From: an uncultured Nitrospiraceae bacterium
GTDB lineage: Bacteria; Nitrospirota; Nitrospiria; Nitrospirales; Nitrospiraceae
NCBI GenBank assembly: GCA_963846575.1
Contig: CAWJWJ010000001.1
Coordinates: 224,001 to 288,000 of the forward strand
Direction of reading: 5' to 3'
Length of the DNA: 64,000 nucleotides
Part shown: piece after piece, positions 31,053 through 40,335 of the stretch
Layout: each line of letters starts with the position of its first letter
Numbering within the stretch: the first letter of the stretch is position 1
Notes under the pieces: model-generated
Told to the model about the DNA's origin: nothing
The model's database searches: none
The model's input: only the letters and a program-made list of their open reading frames with translations
Made by a program: the position numbers and the translations under genes

Positions 31053-31763
31053 ATGTTCAAAAACCGTGAAGACGCAGGTCGACTCCTGGCGCAGGCCCTT
31101 TCGCCCTGGATGGATGATCCGCAGGCCATCCTGCTCGCGCTTCCCAGGGGCGGAGTGGTCGTGGGGTATCAGTTGAGTCTGGCCCTCCATCTGCCTCTCG
31201 ACGTGTTGATCAGCCGCAAGGTCGGCGCGCCGGGGAATCCGGAATACGCTCTCGGTGCGGTTGGTGAAACCGGGGCCGTCTACTGGAACCGCGAGGCCCT
31301 GGTGGGGCTGGCGCTCTCCGAGCGGGACATCGAGTCCGCCGTGCGGGTGCAGGAACGAGAGGTCGCGAGGCGGGTGGCGCTGTACCGGGCGGGACGAGCG
31401 TTTCCCCGCCTGACCGATCGCACGGTCATCCTCGTCGACGATGGCCTGGCGACCGGCGCCACGTTTTTTGCCTCGGTGGCGACGGTGCGCCGGGAACGTC
31501 CGCGGCTGGTCATCGGGGCCATTCCGGTCGCGCCGCGGACAACCGTGGAGGAAGCCAGACAGGTGGTCGATCGGCTGATCGTCCTGCATGTGCCGGAGCC
31601 CTTCTATGCGGTCGGGAACTTCTACGGGGAGTTCGAGCAGGTCGAAGACGGGCAGGTGTTGCACTATCTGCAATCGGCTGAAGAAACCTTCGCGGCCGGG
31701 AAGCGGCCGCCGCTCGAGTCGCCGGATGGCGGCCAAGCCGGCACGGAAAGGACGCCTCAATGA
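31053..31763 (+). CDS. Type I phosphoribosyltransferase family protein
   Basis: FKNREDAG, LPRGG, VILVDDGLATGAT. Confidence 0.92.
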   Translation: MFKNREDAGRLLAQALSPWMDDPQAILLALPRGGVVVGYQLSLALHLPLDVLISRKVGAPGNPEYALGAVGETGAVYWNREALVGLALSERDIESAVRVQEREVARRVALYRAGRAFPRLTDRTVILVDDGLATGATFFASVATVRRERPRLVIGAIPVAPRTTVEEARQVVDRLIVLHVPEPFYAVGNFYGEFEQVEDGQVLHYLQSAEETFAAGKRPPLESPDGGQAGTERTPQ

Positions 31764-31789
31764 TGAAGAACCGCATGAACCGAGCACAT

Positions 31790-32161
31790 GGCACAGGGGG
31801 AACAGAACCCTCATGCGTGTCTATTTGGAACAGTACAGCTCTCACGGGCTGAAGAAGGCGGACATGCGCAAGGTCTGGAAAAACCTGTTCGAGCAATGTC
31901 AGGAATCAACCAGGATGCACCACCTGTCTCACCTCACCTCAGTGGGATCCGGCCCGGCGACCATCAGTGAGGTGCATGGCACGCGCAGCCTGGGGCCTGT
32001 CCAACACCGGCAACGTACGCATGCCGATCGACAGGTATTACGAGTATGACGAGGAACACCATGACCTGACCTTCGTGGATGGACAGTGGCGCCTGCGCGG
32101 CAACCGTGCGAGACCAGCCGCGCATCATGCCGTTCGGCACGTCGCCGCATCCGCTGGTTTA
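31790..32161 (+). pseudogene. Degraded remnant of a possible NTF2/SnoaL-like protein
   Basis: Protein-like stretches YSSHGLKKADMRKVWKNLF and WGLS...PID...EEHHDL...GQWRLRGN lie in different frames. Confidence 0.35.
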
Positions 32162-32175
32162 GGGAAGGGAGCCTT

Positions 32176-33033
32176 ATGCGTGTTGTGATCGCACTCGACT
32201 GGTCCGAAGAGACGTTTTCTGCAGTTCGGGAGGTCGCCTATTTGTATGACCTGCAGGAGGTCATCCTGGTGCACGGCATTGACCTGGGCATGTTCCATTA
32301 TCCCGTCGTCGCGGAGATGAGCAATCTGCAAGGATATGGAGAGTTCAGGAAGGCGATGGAGAGTGCGGGGCACCAATTGCTGGAGCACACCGCCGGCCTC
32401 CTGCCTTCTGAGGGCGTCTCGCTCACACGCGTGTGCGAGTTTGCCAAACCGGCCTCGCTGATTCTCGACAAGGCCCGGGAGACCGGAGCGGACATGATCG
32501 TGATCGGCGCCAGGAGGCAGGGCCGCGTCGGCGAGTTTGTGCTGGGCAGCGTCTCCCATCGGGTCGCGCTGCATGCGACCTGCACCACGCTCATCGTCAA
32601 GGAACGCATCCGTCCCGTGACACGCGTCGTCGTGGCGGTCGAGGGACATGAAGACGGAGAGAGAATCAAAGCCTGGCTGCTCGCCCATCCCTTCAAGAGC
32701 CGGGTGGACCTCACCTTCGTCAGCGTGGTACGCCCCATCCCCTCCACCGATCCGTTCAGCCTCTTCCCGCTTCAAGACTGGACGGAGATCGCCACGCGCG
32801 CGGCGGAAGATCTGGTGAAGGGCCTGGCGACAGCGGTCATGGATCATCGCTATACGGTCGGCACGCAGGTCACGGTCGGGGATCCGGCCACCGTGCTGAC
32901 GGAGCGGTCCCGGACGGCGGACTTGCTCGTGATCGGTTCGCACGGACGCAAGAAGCTCGAACGGTTTCTCCTCGGCAGCATCTCGCACGCGCTGTTACAC
33001 GGAGTGCCTTGCCCTGTCCTTGTTATACGGTGA
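32176..33033 (+). CDS. Tandem universal stress protein
   Basis: VIALDWS, LGSVSHRV, IGSHG...FLLGSIS...CPVLVIR. Confidence 0.93.
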   Translation: MRVVIALDWSEETFSAVREVAYLYDLQEVILVHGIDLGMFHYPVVAEMSNLQGYGEFRKAMESAGHQLLEHTAGLLPSEGVSLTRVCEFAKPASLILDKARETGADMIVIGARRQGRVGEFVLGSVSHRVALHATCTTLIVKERIRPVTRVVVAVEGHEDGERIKAWLLAHPFKSRVDLTFVSVVRPIPSTDPFSLFPLQDWTEIATRAAEDLVKGLATAVMDHRYTVGTQVTVGDPATVLTERSRTADLLVIGSHGRKKLERFLLGSISHALLHGVPCPVLVIR

Positions 33034-33071
33034 AGCAGACCTGTCCAGGCCAACCAGGAAGGAGTCGCTCA

Positions 33072-33434
33072 ATGAAAACATTCTGCATCCTGTCGGCGAT
33101 CTGTCTGGTGATTGCGGCAAGTTCGTGGGCGGCCGCACAGACGAACCGCGGCAACCCGCGAGACGGCCAGGCCATTTATGAAACACAGTGTTTACGTTGC
33201 CACGGCAACAAACTGGACGGTAACGGGCCGGAGGGAAAATATCTGATCGTGCGACCGGCCGATTTCCAATCGGTGCACTCACGGGCCAAGACCGATTGGG
33301 AACTCTTGATCACGATTGCCAACGGCGCACTGTTTAGCCCGATGCACGGATACCGTGGCAGGCTGACGGATCAGCAGATGCTGGATGTGCTCGCCTACAT
33401 CCGGACCATGGCACCGCCGGAATTCATCAGTTAA
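33072..33434 (+). CDS. Monoheme cytochrome c
   Basis: Signal peptide, CLRCH, SPM distal Met; AAGGAG RBS. Confidence 0.9.
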   Translation: MKTFCILSAICLVIAASSWAAAQTNRGNPRDGQAIYETQCLRCHGNKLDGNGPEGKYLIVRPADFQSVHSRAKTDWELLITIANGALFSPMHGYRGRLTDQQMLDVLAYIRTMAPPEFIS

Positions 33435-33455
33435 CCGGTTGCTGTGGGCCAGGCG

Positions 33456-33842
33456 ATGAGTGCGCGGCTCGTCTTTGTCTCAGGCCTGCTCATGCTGGTG
33501 TGGCCGCTGCACGGGACCAGGACCGTTCACGCGCCCGAAGACACCGTGGCCCTCGACGTCTTCGTGCGGGCCGGTGGCCCTCACTGCGACGCGGCGAATA
33601 CATTCTTGCGCCCCATTCTCACCAGCCGTCAGCTGACGACGCCGCAATATTACTGGGACCCCGGCCTCTCTACTGTGGCCTCCCTGTTCGACGCCGGGCT
33701 ACTGGTCCCCCTCGCACTGATCACGCCGGGCCGGCACCGGTGGGAAGAACAAGCAGGACGATGGTTGAATCTGCTCAGCGGCGCCGTCATGATCAGACTC
33801 GGCGTCCTCCTCATCCTCAAACCGGACCTGACGACAGGATAA
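33456..33842 (+). pseudogene. Internally deleted glutaredoxin-like membrane protein
   Basis: VFVRAGGPHC (CPHC decayed) joined directly to C-terminal TM segments (ILT..QL...YY, GRWLNLLSGAVM). Confidence 0.6.
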
Positions 33843-33846
33843 TTCT

Positions 33847-36597
33847 ATGCAACGGATGCGTCCGCTCCACATACCGATTCTGCACGATGACGACCCTGAC
33901 TCGGCGCGCGCGATTTTGAGCGATGGCACGGCGGCGCTGCTGCGCATCGCGCAGCCCGACGATGCCGGCGAGTTACAGCGCTTCGTCGACCGCCTGTCGC
34001 CCGCAGCCAAACGCCACCGGTTTTTTTCCGAGTCGGCCCCTGCCGCCGACGTCATCCGCTCACTCTGCGATGTCTCGGACCCCCAACGCAGCCTGACCGT
34101 GATCGCGCTGCGCCGCCAGGAGGGCACGTTGCGCGTGATCGCCTCCGGTTCCTATCATGCGCGGGACCCGCATCAGGCCGAAGTGGCCCTGGCCGTCGAC
34201 GATCAACTTCATGGGCATGGATTGGGCACGATTCTCCTGGAGCGCCTGGCGCTGTTGGCCGTTCGCCATGGCTTCTCGAAGCTCTGGGCGGTCACCCATG
34301 CCGACAATCTGGCCATGCGGGAAGTCTTCGCCGCCTCCGGATTCACCATGGAGGAACGTATCGAGGGCGGCGACATGGAGGTCGAATTGTCATTGACGCC
34401 GACCGACCGGAGCGTCCGGCAGTCCGAGTGGCGGGAACGGCTCGCCACCACCGCCTCGCTCCACCCGCTCTTTCATCCCCGGGCCGTCGCCGTCATCGGC
34501 GCGTCGCGGAACCCGCAGAGCATCGGCTTCCGCCTGGTCGACGCGCTCCGCAGCAACGGGTTTCACGGTCGCTGTTATGCGATCAACCCGGTGGCCACCG
34601 CCATTGCCGGGGTGAAGGCCTATCCGTCGCTACGCGCTCTGCCCGAGCCGGTGGACCTGGCGGTCATTGCGGTCCCGAAGGACGCCGTTTTCTCCGTGGT
34701 GGATGAATGTGCCGAGACCGGCGTCAAAGCCCTGGTGGTCATTACGGCGGGATTCGCGGAAGTCGGAGAGGAGGGACGCCACCTGCAGGCGACACTGCTG
34801 GAGAAGGTCCGGCAACAGGGCATGCGCATGGTCGGCCCCAACTGTTTCGGCATCCTCAACACGGATCCGGCGGTCAGTCTCAACGCCACCTTCACGTCCA
34901 CCTTCCCTCTGGCCGGCCCCATAGCCATGTCCTCGCAGAGCGGCGCCTTGGGGATCGCGCTGCTCGCGGCGTCGGAACGACTGCAACTGGGCCTCTCGAC
35001 GTTCGTCAGCGTCGGCAACAAGGCGGACGTTTCGGTCAACGATCTCCTGCAATATTGGGAGAACGATCCGGCGACGAAGGTCATTCTGCTGTATGTCGAA
35101 TCGTTCGGGAATCCCAGACGGTTTGCCCGTATCGCCCGGCGCGTCAGCCGGGAAAAACCGATTGTCGTGTTAAAGGCAGGGCGCACCTCGTCGGGCCAGC
35201 GGGCCGCGGGGTCCCACACGGCGGCCCTGGCCGCCAACGACGTGGCCGTGGAAGCACTGTTTCAACAGACCGGGATTCTCCGCGCGGACACGTTAGAGGA
35301 CGTATTCGCCCTGGCAGCGGGCTTGTCCGAACAACCGCTGCCGAAGGGCAAACGGGTCGGCATCCTCACCAATGCCGGGGGACCGGCCATTCTGTGTGCA
35401 GATGCTTGTGAAGCAGGCGGCCTCGAAGTGCCGGAGTTATCCCAAGCCACGATGTCCTTGCTCTCCCCCTTCCTGCCGGCGGCCGCCGCGCTGCGCAATC
35501 CGGTCGATCTCATCGCCTCCGCCACTCCCGAGCAATACCGGCAGGCCATCGTCACGCTCCTCGCATCCGACGACATCGACGCCCTCATCATTCTCTACAT
35601 TGCGGTCGTGGCCACCGACGTGGATCCCATTGCGGAAGGCATCCGACAGGGCATTGCCTCGGCGCGGGCCATGGATCTGACGAAAAAGCCGGTGTACGTA
35701 GGCTGGATGGTGGAAACGGATCGAGATCGGAGATTGCCGGTTCTGGACGAAACCGTCCCGACCTTCAGATTGCCTGAACTGCCCGCGCGCGTCCTGGCAA
35801 AAATTGCCGGGTACGTGCAATGGCGTGAACGGCCGGCCGGCATGGTGGCCGACTTTGACGATCTCGATCTTCCCGGCGTCGCCCGCATCTGTCACGAGGC
35901 GCTCGCCGCACGTGGATCCGGCTGGCTGACCGTTGCGGAGTCACGCGCCGTCTTGACCGCGATGTCGATCCCGCTGCCGCCTGGAGCGGTGGCCACGACG
36001 GCCGGGGAAGCCGCTACGATCGCGGCCGGGATCGGATTTCCCGTCGCCGTCAAACTGGCGTCGCGGACTCTCGTTCATAAGACGGAGATCGGCGGAGTCC
36101 AGTTGAATCTGGCCACCGAGGCGGAAGTGCGTGCTGCCTACGACAAGATCGCAGCGCGGCTGGCGCAGGACAACAACCTCGAGGCGATGGAAGGGGTGCT
36201 GGTCCAGCCGATGGTGAGCGGAGGGGTGGAAGTCATGGCCGGGATGGTGCAGGACCCGGCCTTCGGCCCCCTGATCGGGTTCGGGCTCGGCGGGATCCAC
36301 GTCGAGATTCTCGGAGACGTGCGCTTTCGCATCACGCCGCTGACGGAATTGGATGCCGCCGACCTGATTCGCGGCATCAAGGGCTACCGTCTCCTGCAGG
36401 GTTATCGGGGCCATCCGCCCGGTGACGTCGATGCGATCCAGGAACTGCTGCTCAGACTTTCCCGGTTGGTGGAAGGCGTGCCTGAGATCGTGGAACTGGA
36501 CCTCAACCCGATTATTGTCATGCCGCCTGGAGAGGGTTGCAAGATCGTGGATGCGAGGATTCGCGTGGCCGGAGGGGGCCGGAATTCAACCGCCTGA
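33847..36597 (+). CDS. GNAT acetyltransferase / NDP-forming acyl-CoA synthetase fusion (Pat-like)
   Basis: HGHGLGT GNAT motif, AVIGAS, GPNCFG, SQSG, GNKAD, SHTAAL, HKTEIGGV, DLNP. Confidence 0.92.
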   Translation: MQRMRPLHIPILHDDDPDSARAILSDGTAALLRIAQPDDAGELQRFVDRLSPAAKRHRFFSESAPAADVIRSLCDVSDPQRSLTVIALRRQEGTLRVIASGSYHARDPHQAEVALAVDDQLHGHGLGTILLERLALLAVRHGFSKLWAVTHADNLAMREVFAASGFTMEERIEGGDMEVELSLTPTDRSVRQSEWRERLATTASLHPLFHPRAVAVIGASRNPQSIGFRLVDALRSNGFHGRCYAINPVATAIAGVKAYPSLRALPEPVDLAVIAVPKDAVFSVVDECAETGVKALVVITAGFAEVGEEGRHLQATLLEKVRQQGMRMVGPNCFGILNTDPAVSLNATFTSTFPLAGPIAMSSQSGALGIALLAASERLQLGLSTFVSVGNKADVSVNDLLQYWENDPATKVILLYVESFGNPRRFARIARRVSREKPIVVLKAGRTSSGQRAAGSHTAALAANDVAVEALFQQTGILRADTLEDVFALAAGLSEQPLPKGKRVGILTNAGGPAILCADACEAGGLEVPELSQATMSLLSPFLPAAAALRNPVDLIASATPEQYRQAIVTLLASDDIDALIILYIAVVATDVDPIAEGIRQGIASARAMDLTKKPVYVGWMVETDRDRRLPVLDETVPTFRLPELPARVLAKIAGYVQWRERPAGMVADFDDLDLPGVARICHEALAARGSGWLTVAESRAVLTAMSIPLPPGAVATTAGEAATIAAGIGFPVAVKLASRTLVHKTEIGGVQLNLATEAEVRAAYDKIAARLAQDNNLEAMEGVLVQPMVSGGVEVMAGMVQDPAFGPLIGFGLGGIHVEILGDVRFRITPLTELDAADLIRGIKGYRLLQGYRGHPPGDVDAIQELLLRLSRLVEGVPEIVELDLNPIIVMPPGEGCKIVDARIRVAGGGRNSTA

Positions 36598-36706
36598 TCC
36601 GATAGCGTGCGTGGCAGGCGTGGAAATGGAGCGGGCGCGGTGGGGGTCGCTCCTCCGCGGCGCCGCAGCCTCACGAGTGGCCGGATGGGATTCGAGGTAG
36701 CTCACG

Positions 36707-37429
36707 TCACCGGAGGATCCGACGTCTGAGTCGCGGGATCAGCATCGTGGCCAGCATGGTCGCACCTCCCAGGCTGACGATGATCAGGGAGGAGGGTTCC
36801 GGTACCGCATAGACGGCGGCCCAGTCCGCGATGAAGTTATAATGCCGGTCGTAGAGAGTCAGGCCGGTGCCCATCAGGCTGTCCGGAACGTTCGTGAGCG
36901 AGCCGTTCGGATTGACCCCTCCTCCCGGATACTCGTCATAATTCCCCAGATAATGCCCGACCTCATGAGCCCAGGGGGCGGGGCTCCCTGTCCCGGCCGG
37001 CCAGCCACTGTACCAGTTCAGCATGTCCCCTCGTCCCGGTCCTTCTCTCACCGTGATCGCCTGGTGCGCATTCTGCCCGACAAACCGCAGGTCGAACAGA
37101 ATCGGTTGGGCAAACCGGTTACGGGTGCTCCAGATGCGCTCCGTATCGCTCTCCCAGTGCTGCTTGATGGCGGGACCCGGATCGAAGCCGGTCACTTGGA
37201 GGGCCAAGGTCACGCTGTAGCCGCTGGCTCGAGCATACCCGATATCGTAGGTGACCGGACCTCCGAATTCGTGCTGGAGACCCGCGCTGAGAAATCCCTG
37301 AATCCGCTGGACCGGAACGTCGAAGGGCAACTCGGGAATCAGCAGCGCCTGGGACGGAGCGGCACCGGGACCTCCATGGAACAGGAGCATCATCGCCAGA
37401 CATAGCAACAGAGGACGCACAACAATCAT
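36707..37429 (-). CDS. PEP-CTERM protein with zincin HExxH metallopeptidase motif
   Basis: Signal peptide; WAHEVGHYLGNYDEY; SLMG Met-turn-like; VPEPSS + TM helix + RLRRR tail. Confidence 0.85.
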   Translation of the reverse strand: MIVVRPLLLCLAMMLLFHGGPGAAPSQALLIPELPFDVPVQRIQGFLSAGLQHEFGGPVTYDIGYARASGYSVTLALQVTGFDPGPAIKQHWESDTERIWSTRNRFAQPILFDLRFVGQNAHQAITVREGPGRGDMLNWYSGWPAGTGSPAPWAHEVGHYLGNYDEYPGGGVNPNGSLTNVPDSLMGTGLTLYDRHYNFIADWAAVYAVPEPSSLIIVSLGGATMLATMLIPRLRRRILR

Positions 37430-37920
37430 CTCTCCCCTCCCCATCGAAACGTGATCGCGCCGGATTCCACCGTTCCGGTCCAGGCCGCATAGCCCCACTG
37501 CGACCCGCTGTCTTGATTGTGATACTTCGCCCTGACTCGATAGTCTTCTCCCTGCGTAAACTTATCGAAGAGGTGGCGGCCGATGTCCGGAATGGTCAAG
37601 GTCACCTGCTGATTGGCATGGAGCTCGACGAAGTCCGCCTGTTCCAGCGGGGGCGGCGGTTGCGGCGGCAGCCATCGAAGCGACGTGCCCTGCGCGTTTC
37701 TGATTTCAACGATCAGGTCGGGGCCGGGATAGGCTAACCGTCTGTTGATCATGAGCGGATGTCCCGACGTGTTGACGAGTGTCATGGTGAGCTCGATCCT
37801 GTCGCCAATGCCATATGAGGCTCGATCGGCTACGAGCGAAATAGTCACAGCGGGAGAGTTCGCGAGCGCCCCACTTGTCATCAACAGCATACCCAGCGAC
37901 AGCACGAGAAATCGAATCAT
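37426..37920 (-). CDS. Exported Ig-like hypothetical protein
   Basis: Signal peptide; DRASYGIGDRIELTMTLVN, YRVRAKY, WTGTVES; ATGA coupling to the peptidase. Confidence 0.75.
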   Translation of the reverse strand: MIRFLVLSLGMLLMTSGALANSPAVTISLVADRASYGIGDRIELTMTLVNTSGHPLMINRRLAYPGPDLIVEIRNAQGTSLRWLPPQPPPPLEQADFVELHANQQVTLTIPDIGRHLFDKFTQGEDYRVRAKYHNQDSGSQWGYAAWTGTVESGAITFRWGGER

Positions 37921-38118
37921 CGAGCCCTGCAAGATTGAACGAAAATGCAAGTGTATGGTATCACCTACACGTAGTTTTGTCCCTAGTTAATTTACGGCCC
38001 AGCCCGGGAAATCCGCCGAATGGTGCCATTTCATTGCTCTTCCACGGTCGCGAAGTCGAATGTGCCGCGCACGCTACACTTGTCAGGGCCGATCGGCCCC
38101 ATCCGTTCGGTCCGGTAC

Positions 38119-40278
38119 ATGACAGCCTTCCTGTGCACCCTGCTTGCGACTCTCCTGCTCATGGCCTGCACGGATTCTTCCAGCGAGCGGGTCGCCTATC
38201 ACAGCGGCCGTGGAGATGAGTATGCCAGGCAAGGCCGGTTCCGCGAGGCCCTCATCGAGTATAAAAATGCCTCCCTCGCATCGCCGCAGGATGCGTCGCT
38301 CCACTGGAGACTTGCCCAGGCCGCGCTTGAATGGCGAAACCTGGGAATCGCCTTGGCCGAGCTGCAACAGGTCACTCGATTGGACAGCACCCACATTGAA
38401 GCCAAACACCACCTGGGCCAGCTCTACCTGGCACGAGGGCAACGGGATCAGGCGGCCAACCTGGCGGGCGACCTCGTAAAGCATCGATCCGATAGTCCGC
38501 TCGGCTACCAACTCCAGGCCGAAATCTCCCTCTTGTCGGGCAAGGTCCAGGAGGCCCTCCACCAATTCCATCAGGCTATCGACCGTGACCCTGCGAACGT
38601 GGCCCTCATGCTGACGATTGGCAATCTCTCCATGATGCAGCCCGATCTCGAGCAGGCTCGGCACTGGTACGACCGGGCCTTGGCTGTGGCTCCCGGTTCG
38701 ACGGACGTGCATGTGGCTCGAGGCAGTTATTTCTGGCTGACCGGGCAGGCACAGACGGGAGAGGAGGAGTTCCGCAGGGCGATTGAAACCAGCTCGAATC
38801 GTGAGGCCACCCGCATGGACGTGGCCAGACAGTATCTGGCTCTCGGAAGAACCGCTGCCGCCGAGCAGGAATTGGCCGCCCTGATCGCGGACATGAACTC
38901 TCAACAGGCCCGCGCATTGCTGGCCGAATTGAAGCTCGAGGCCAACCGGCCTTGGGAGGCCAAACCACTCACGGCCGCGATGTCACAGGTGAAGGGACCG
39001 GGGCAGGATCTCCTGACAACCTATCTCGACGGCCGGATTGCCCTGGCGGAACGTCGCTTCGACGACGCGCGAACCCTGTTCACGGCAGTCCTTCAAGAGG
39101 ATCCCGGCGTTGCCCCAGCCTCCTCGTATCTGGGCATCATCGAGCTCATCCAGGGAGCACGGGAACCGGGCGAGCAGCGCTTGCGGGAGGCCATCCGGCT
39201 GACACCCAACGATCCGCGGCCGCACCTGGTCCTGGCCGATCTGTATCTGAAGGAGGACCAGGGCCCCCAAGCGGAGGAGGAGGCATTGGCCGTGCTGCGG
39301 CACCAACCCTGGAACCTGCAAGCCGCCTTGCTGTTCGGCGATTCCCATGCCATCCGCGACCACTGGGCAAAAGCCGAAGACAGCTACCGGGCCATCGCGG
39401 AACATTTCTCCTCCAGTGCCGAGGGCTATCTCAGGTTGGCGACGTTGAAACGGCGCCAGGGTCTGACCGGCGCTGCAGCGGAGTATCTGGCGCAGGCGGT
39501 GCGAGTGGCTCCGCAGGACTCGACCATCAAAGGCGACTACCTCCTGGCCTTGAACGAACTCGGACAGAACGCCAAGGCGGATCGGATCCTGAACCAATAC
39601 CTCGCCACCATGCCACGGGACCCGGGGAACTGGATCGCGGCGGGACGGTTGCACGCTGCCCGGCAGGAGGGAATGCGCGCGGAAGATTCCTTCAGCCGGG
39701 CGGTCACGCTCGCTCCCGATGATCCCCTCATTGCTTATCAGTTGTGCCGCTTCTACCTCACTACTGGACAACGGGTGAAGGCACGGCGCTGCCTGGAGCG
39801 AACCATCGACATGGACGGGTCGGTGGCCGGCATCCATACCTCCCTCGGAACCCTGTCGGCTTCGGAGGGGCGGCTCGATGATGCCAATCGCCACTATCGA
39901 CTGGCCCTCGCGCAGATGCCCACTGATCTGGTCGCGATGAATAACCTCGCGGCCATTCTGGCGGACGGGGGAAATCCTGAGGAAGGCCTGCGTTTGGCCA
40001 GACGGGCCCTCGCCTTGGCTCCGTGGGCCCCGGCCGTGCTGGATACCGCGGGGTGGATCTGTTTTAAGAATGGATTGATCGAAGAGGCCCGGTCGCTGAT
40101 GGCGAACGCCGTGGCCAAGCTCCCCGACGATCCCGTGGTGCAGTACCACTACGGGATGGTGCTCTCCGCACAGGGAGACAAGAAACTGGCCGCCACGTAT
40201 CTGCGCGAGGCCCTGGCCGCGTCCAAGCAGTTCGCCGGCTCGGATGAGGCGCTGGCGACGCTACGCGTGATCGAGTAA
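38119..40278 (+). CDS. TPR-repeat lipoprotein (PrsT-like)
   Basis: Lipobox LMAC, EALIEYKNA, many TPRs, NNLA...LDTAGW...YHYG C-terminal pattern. Confidence 0.85.
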   Translation: MTAFLCTLLATLLLMACTDSSSERVAYHSGRGDEYARQGRFREALIEYKNASLASPQDASLHWRLAQAALEWRNLGIALAELQQVTRLDSTHIEAKHHLGQLYLARGQRDQAANLAGDLVKHRSDSPLGYQLQAEISLLSGKVQEALHQFHQAIDRDPANVALMLTIGNLSMMQPDLEQARHWYDRALAVAPGSTDVHVARGSYFWLTGQAQTGEEEFRRAIETSSNREATRMDVARQYLALGRTAAAEQELAALIADMNSQQARALLAELKLEANRPWEAKPLTAAMSQVKGPGQDLLTTYLDGRIALAERRFDDARTLFTAVLQEDPGVAPASSYLGIIELIQGAREPGEQRLREAIRLTPNDPRPHLVLADLYLKEDQGPQAEEEALAVLRHQPWNLQAALLFGDSHAIRDHWAKAEDSYRAIAEHFSSSAEGYLRLATLKRRQGLTGAAAEYLAQAVRVAPQDSTIKGDYLLALNELGQNAKADRILNQYLATMPRDPGNWIAAGRLHAARQEGMRAEDSFSRAVTLAPDDPLIAYQLCRFYLTTGQRVKARRCLERTIDMDGSVAGIHTSLGTLSASEGRLDDANRHYRLALAQMPTDLVAMNNLAAILADGGNPEEGLRLARRALALAPWAPAVLDTAGWICFKNGLIEEARSLMANAVAKLPDDPVVQYHYGMVLSAQGDKKLAATYLREALAASKQFAGSDEALATLRVIE

Positions 40279-40335
40279 TCAGGCCTTCCGCTCGACGCGC
40301 CGCTTCGTCCGACGATCGACGCCGACCTGCCATCC

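Noticed and set aside
31799..31833. GTEP/LMRVYLE resembling a phosphoglucomutase C-terminal motif
   Set aside because: Needs a frameshift, is very short, and the flanks do not resemble PGM
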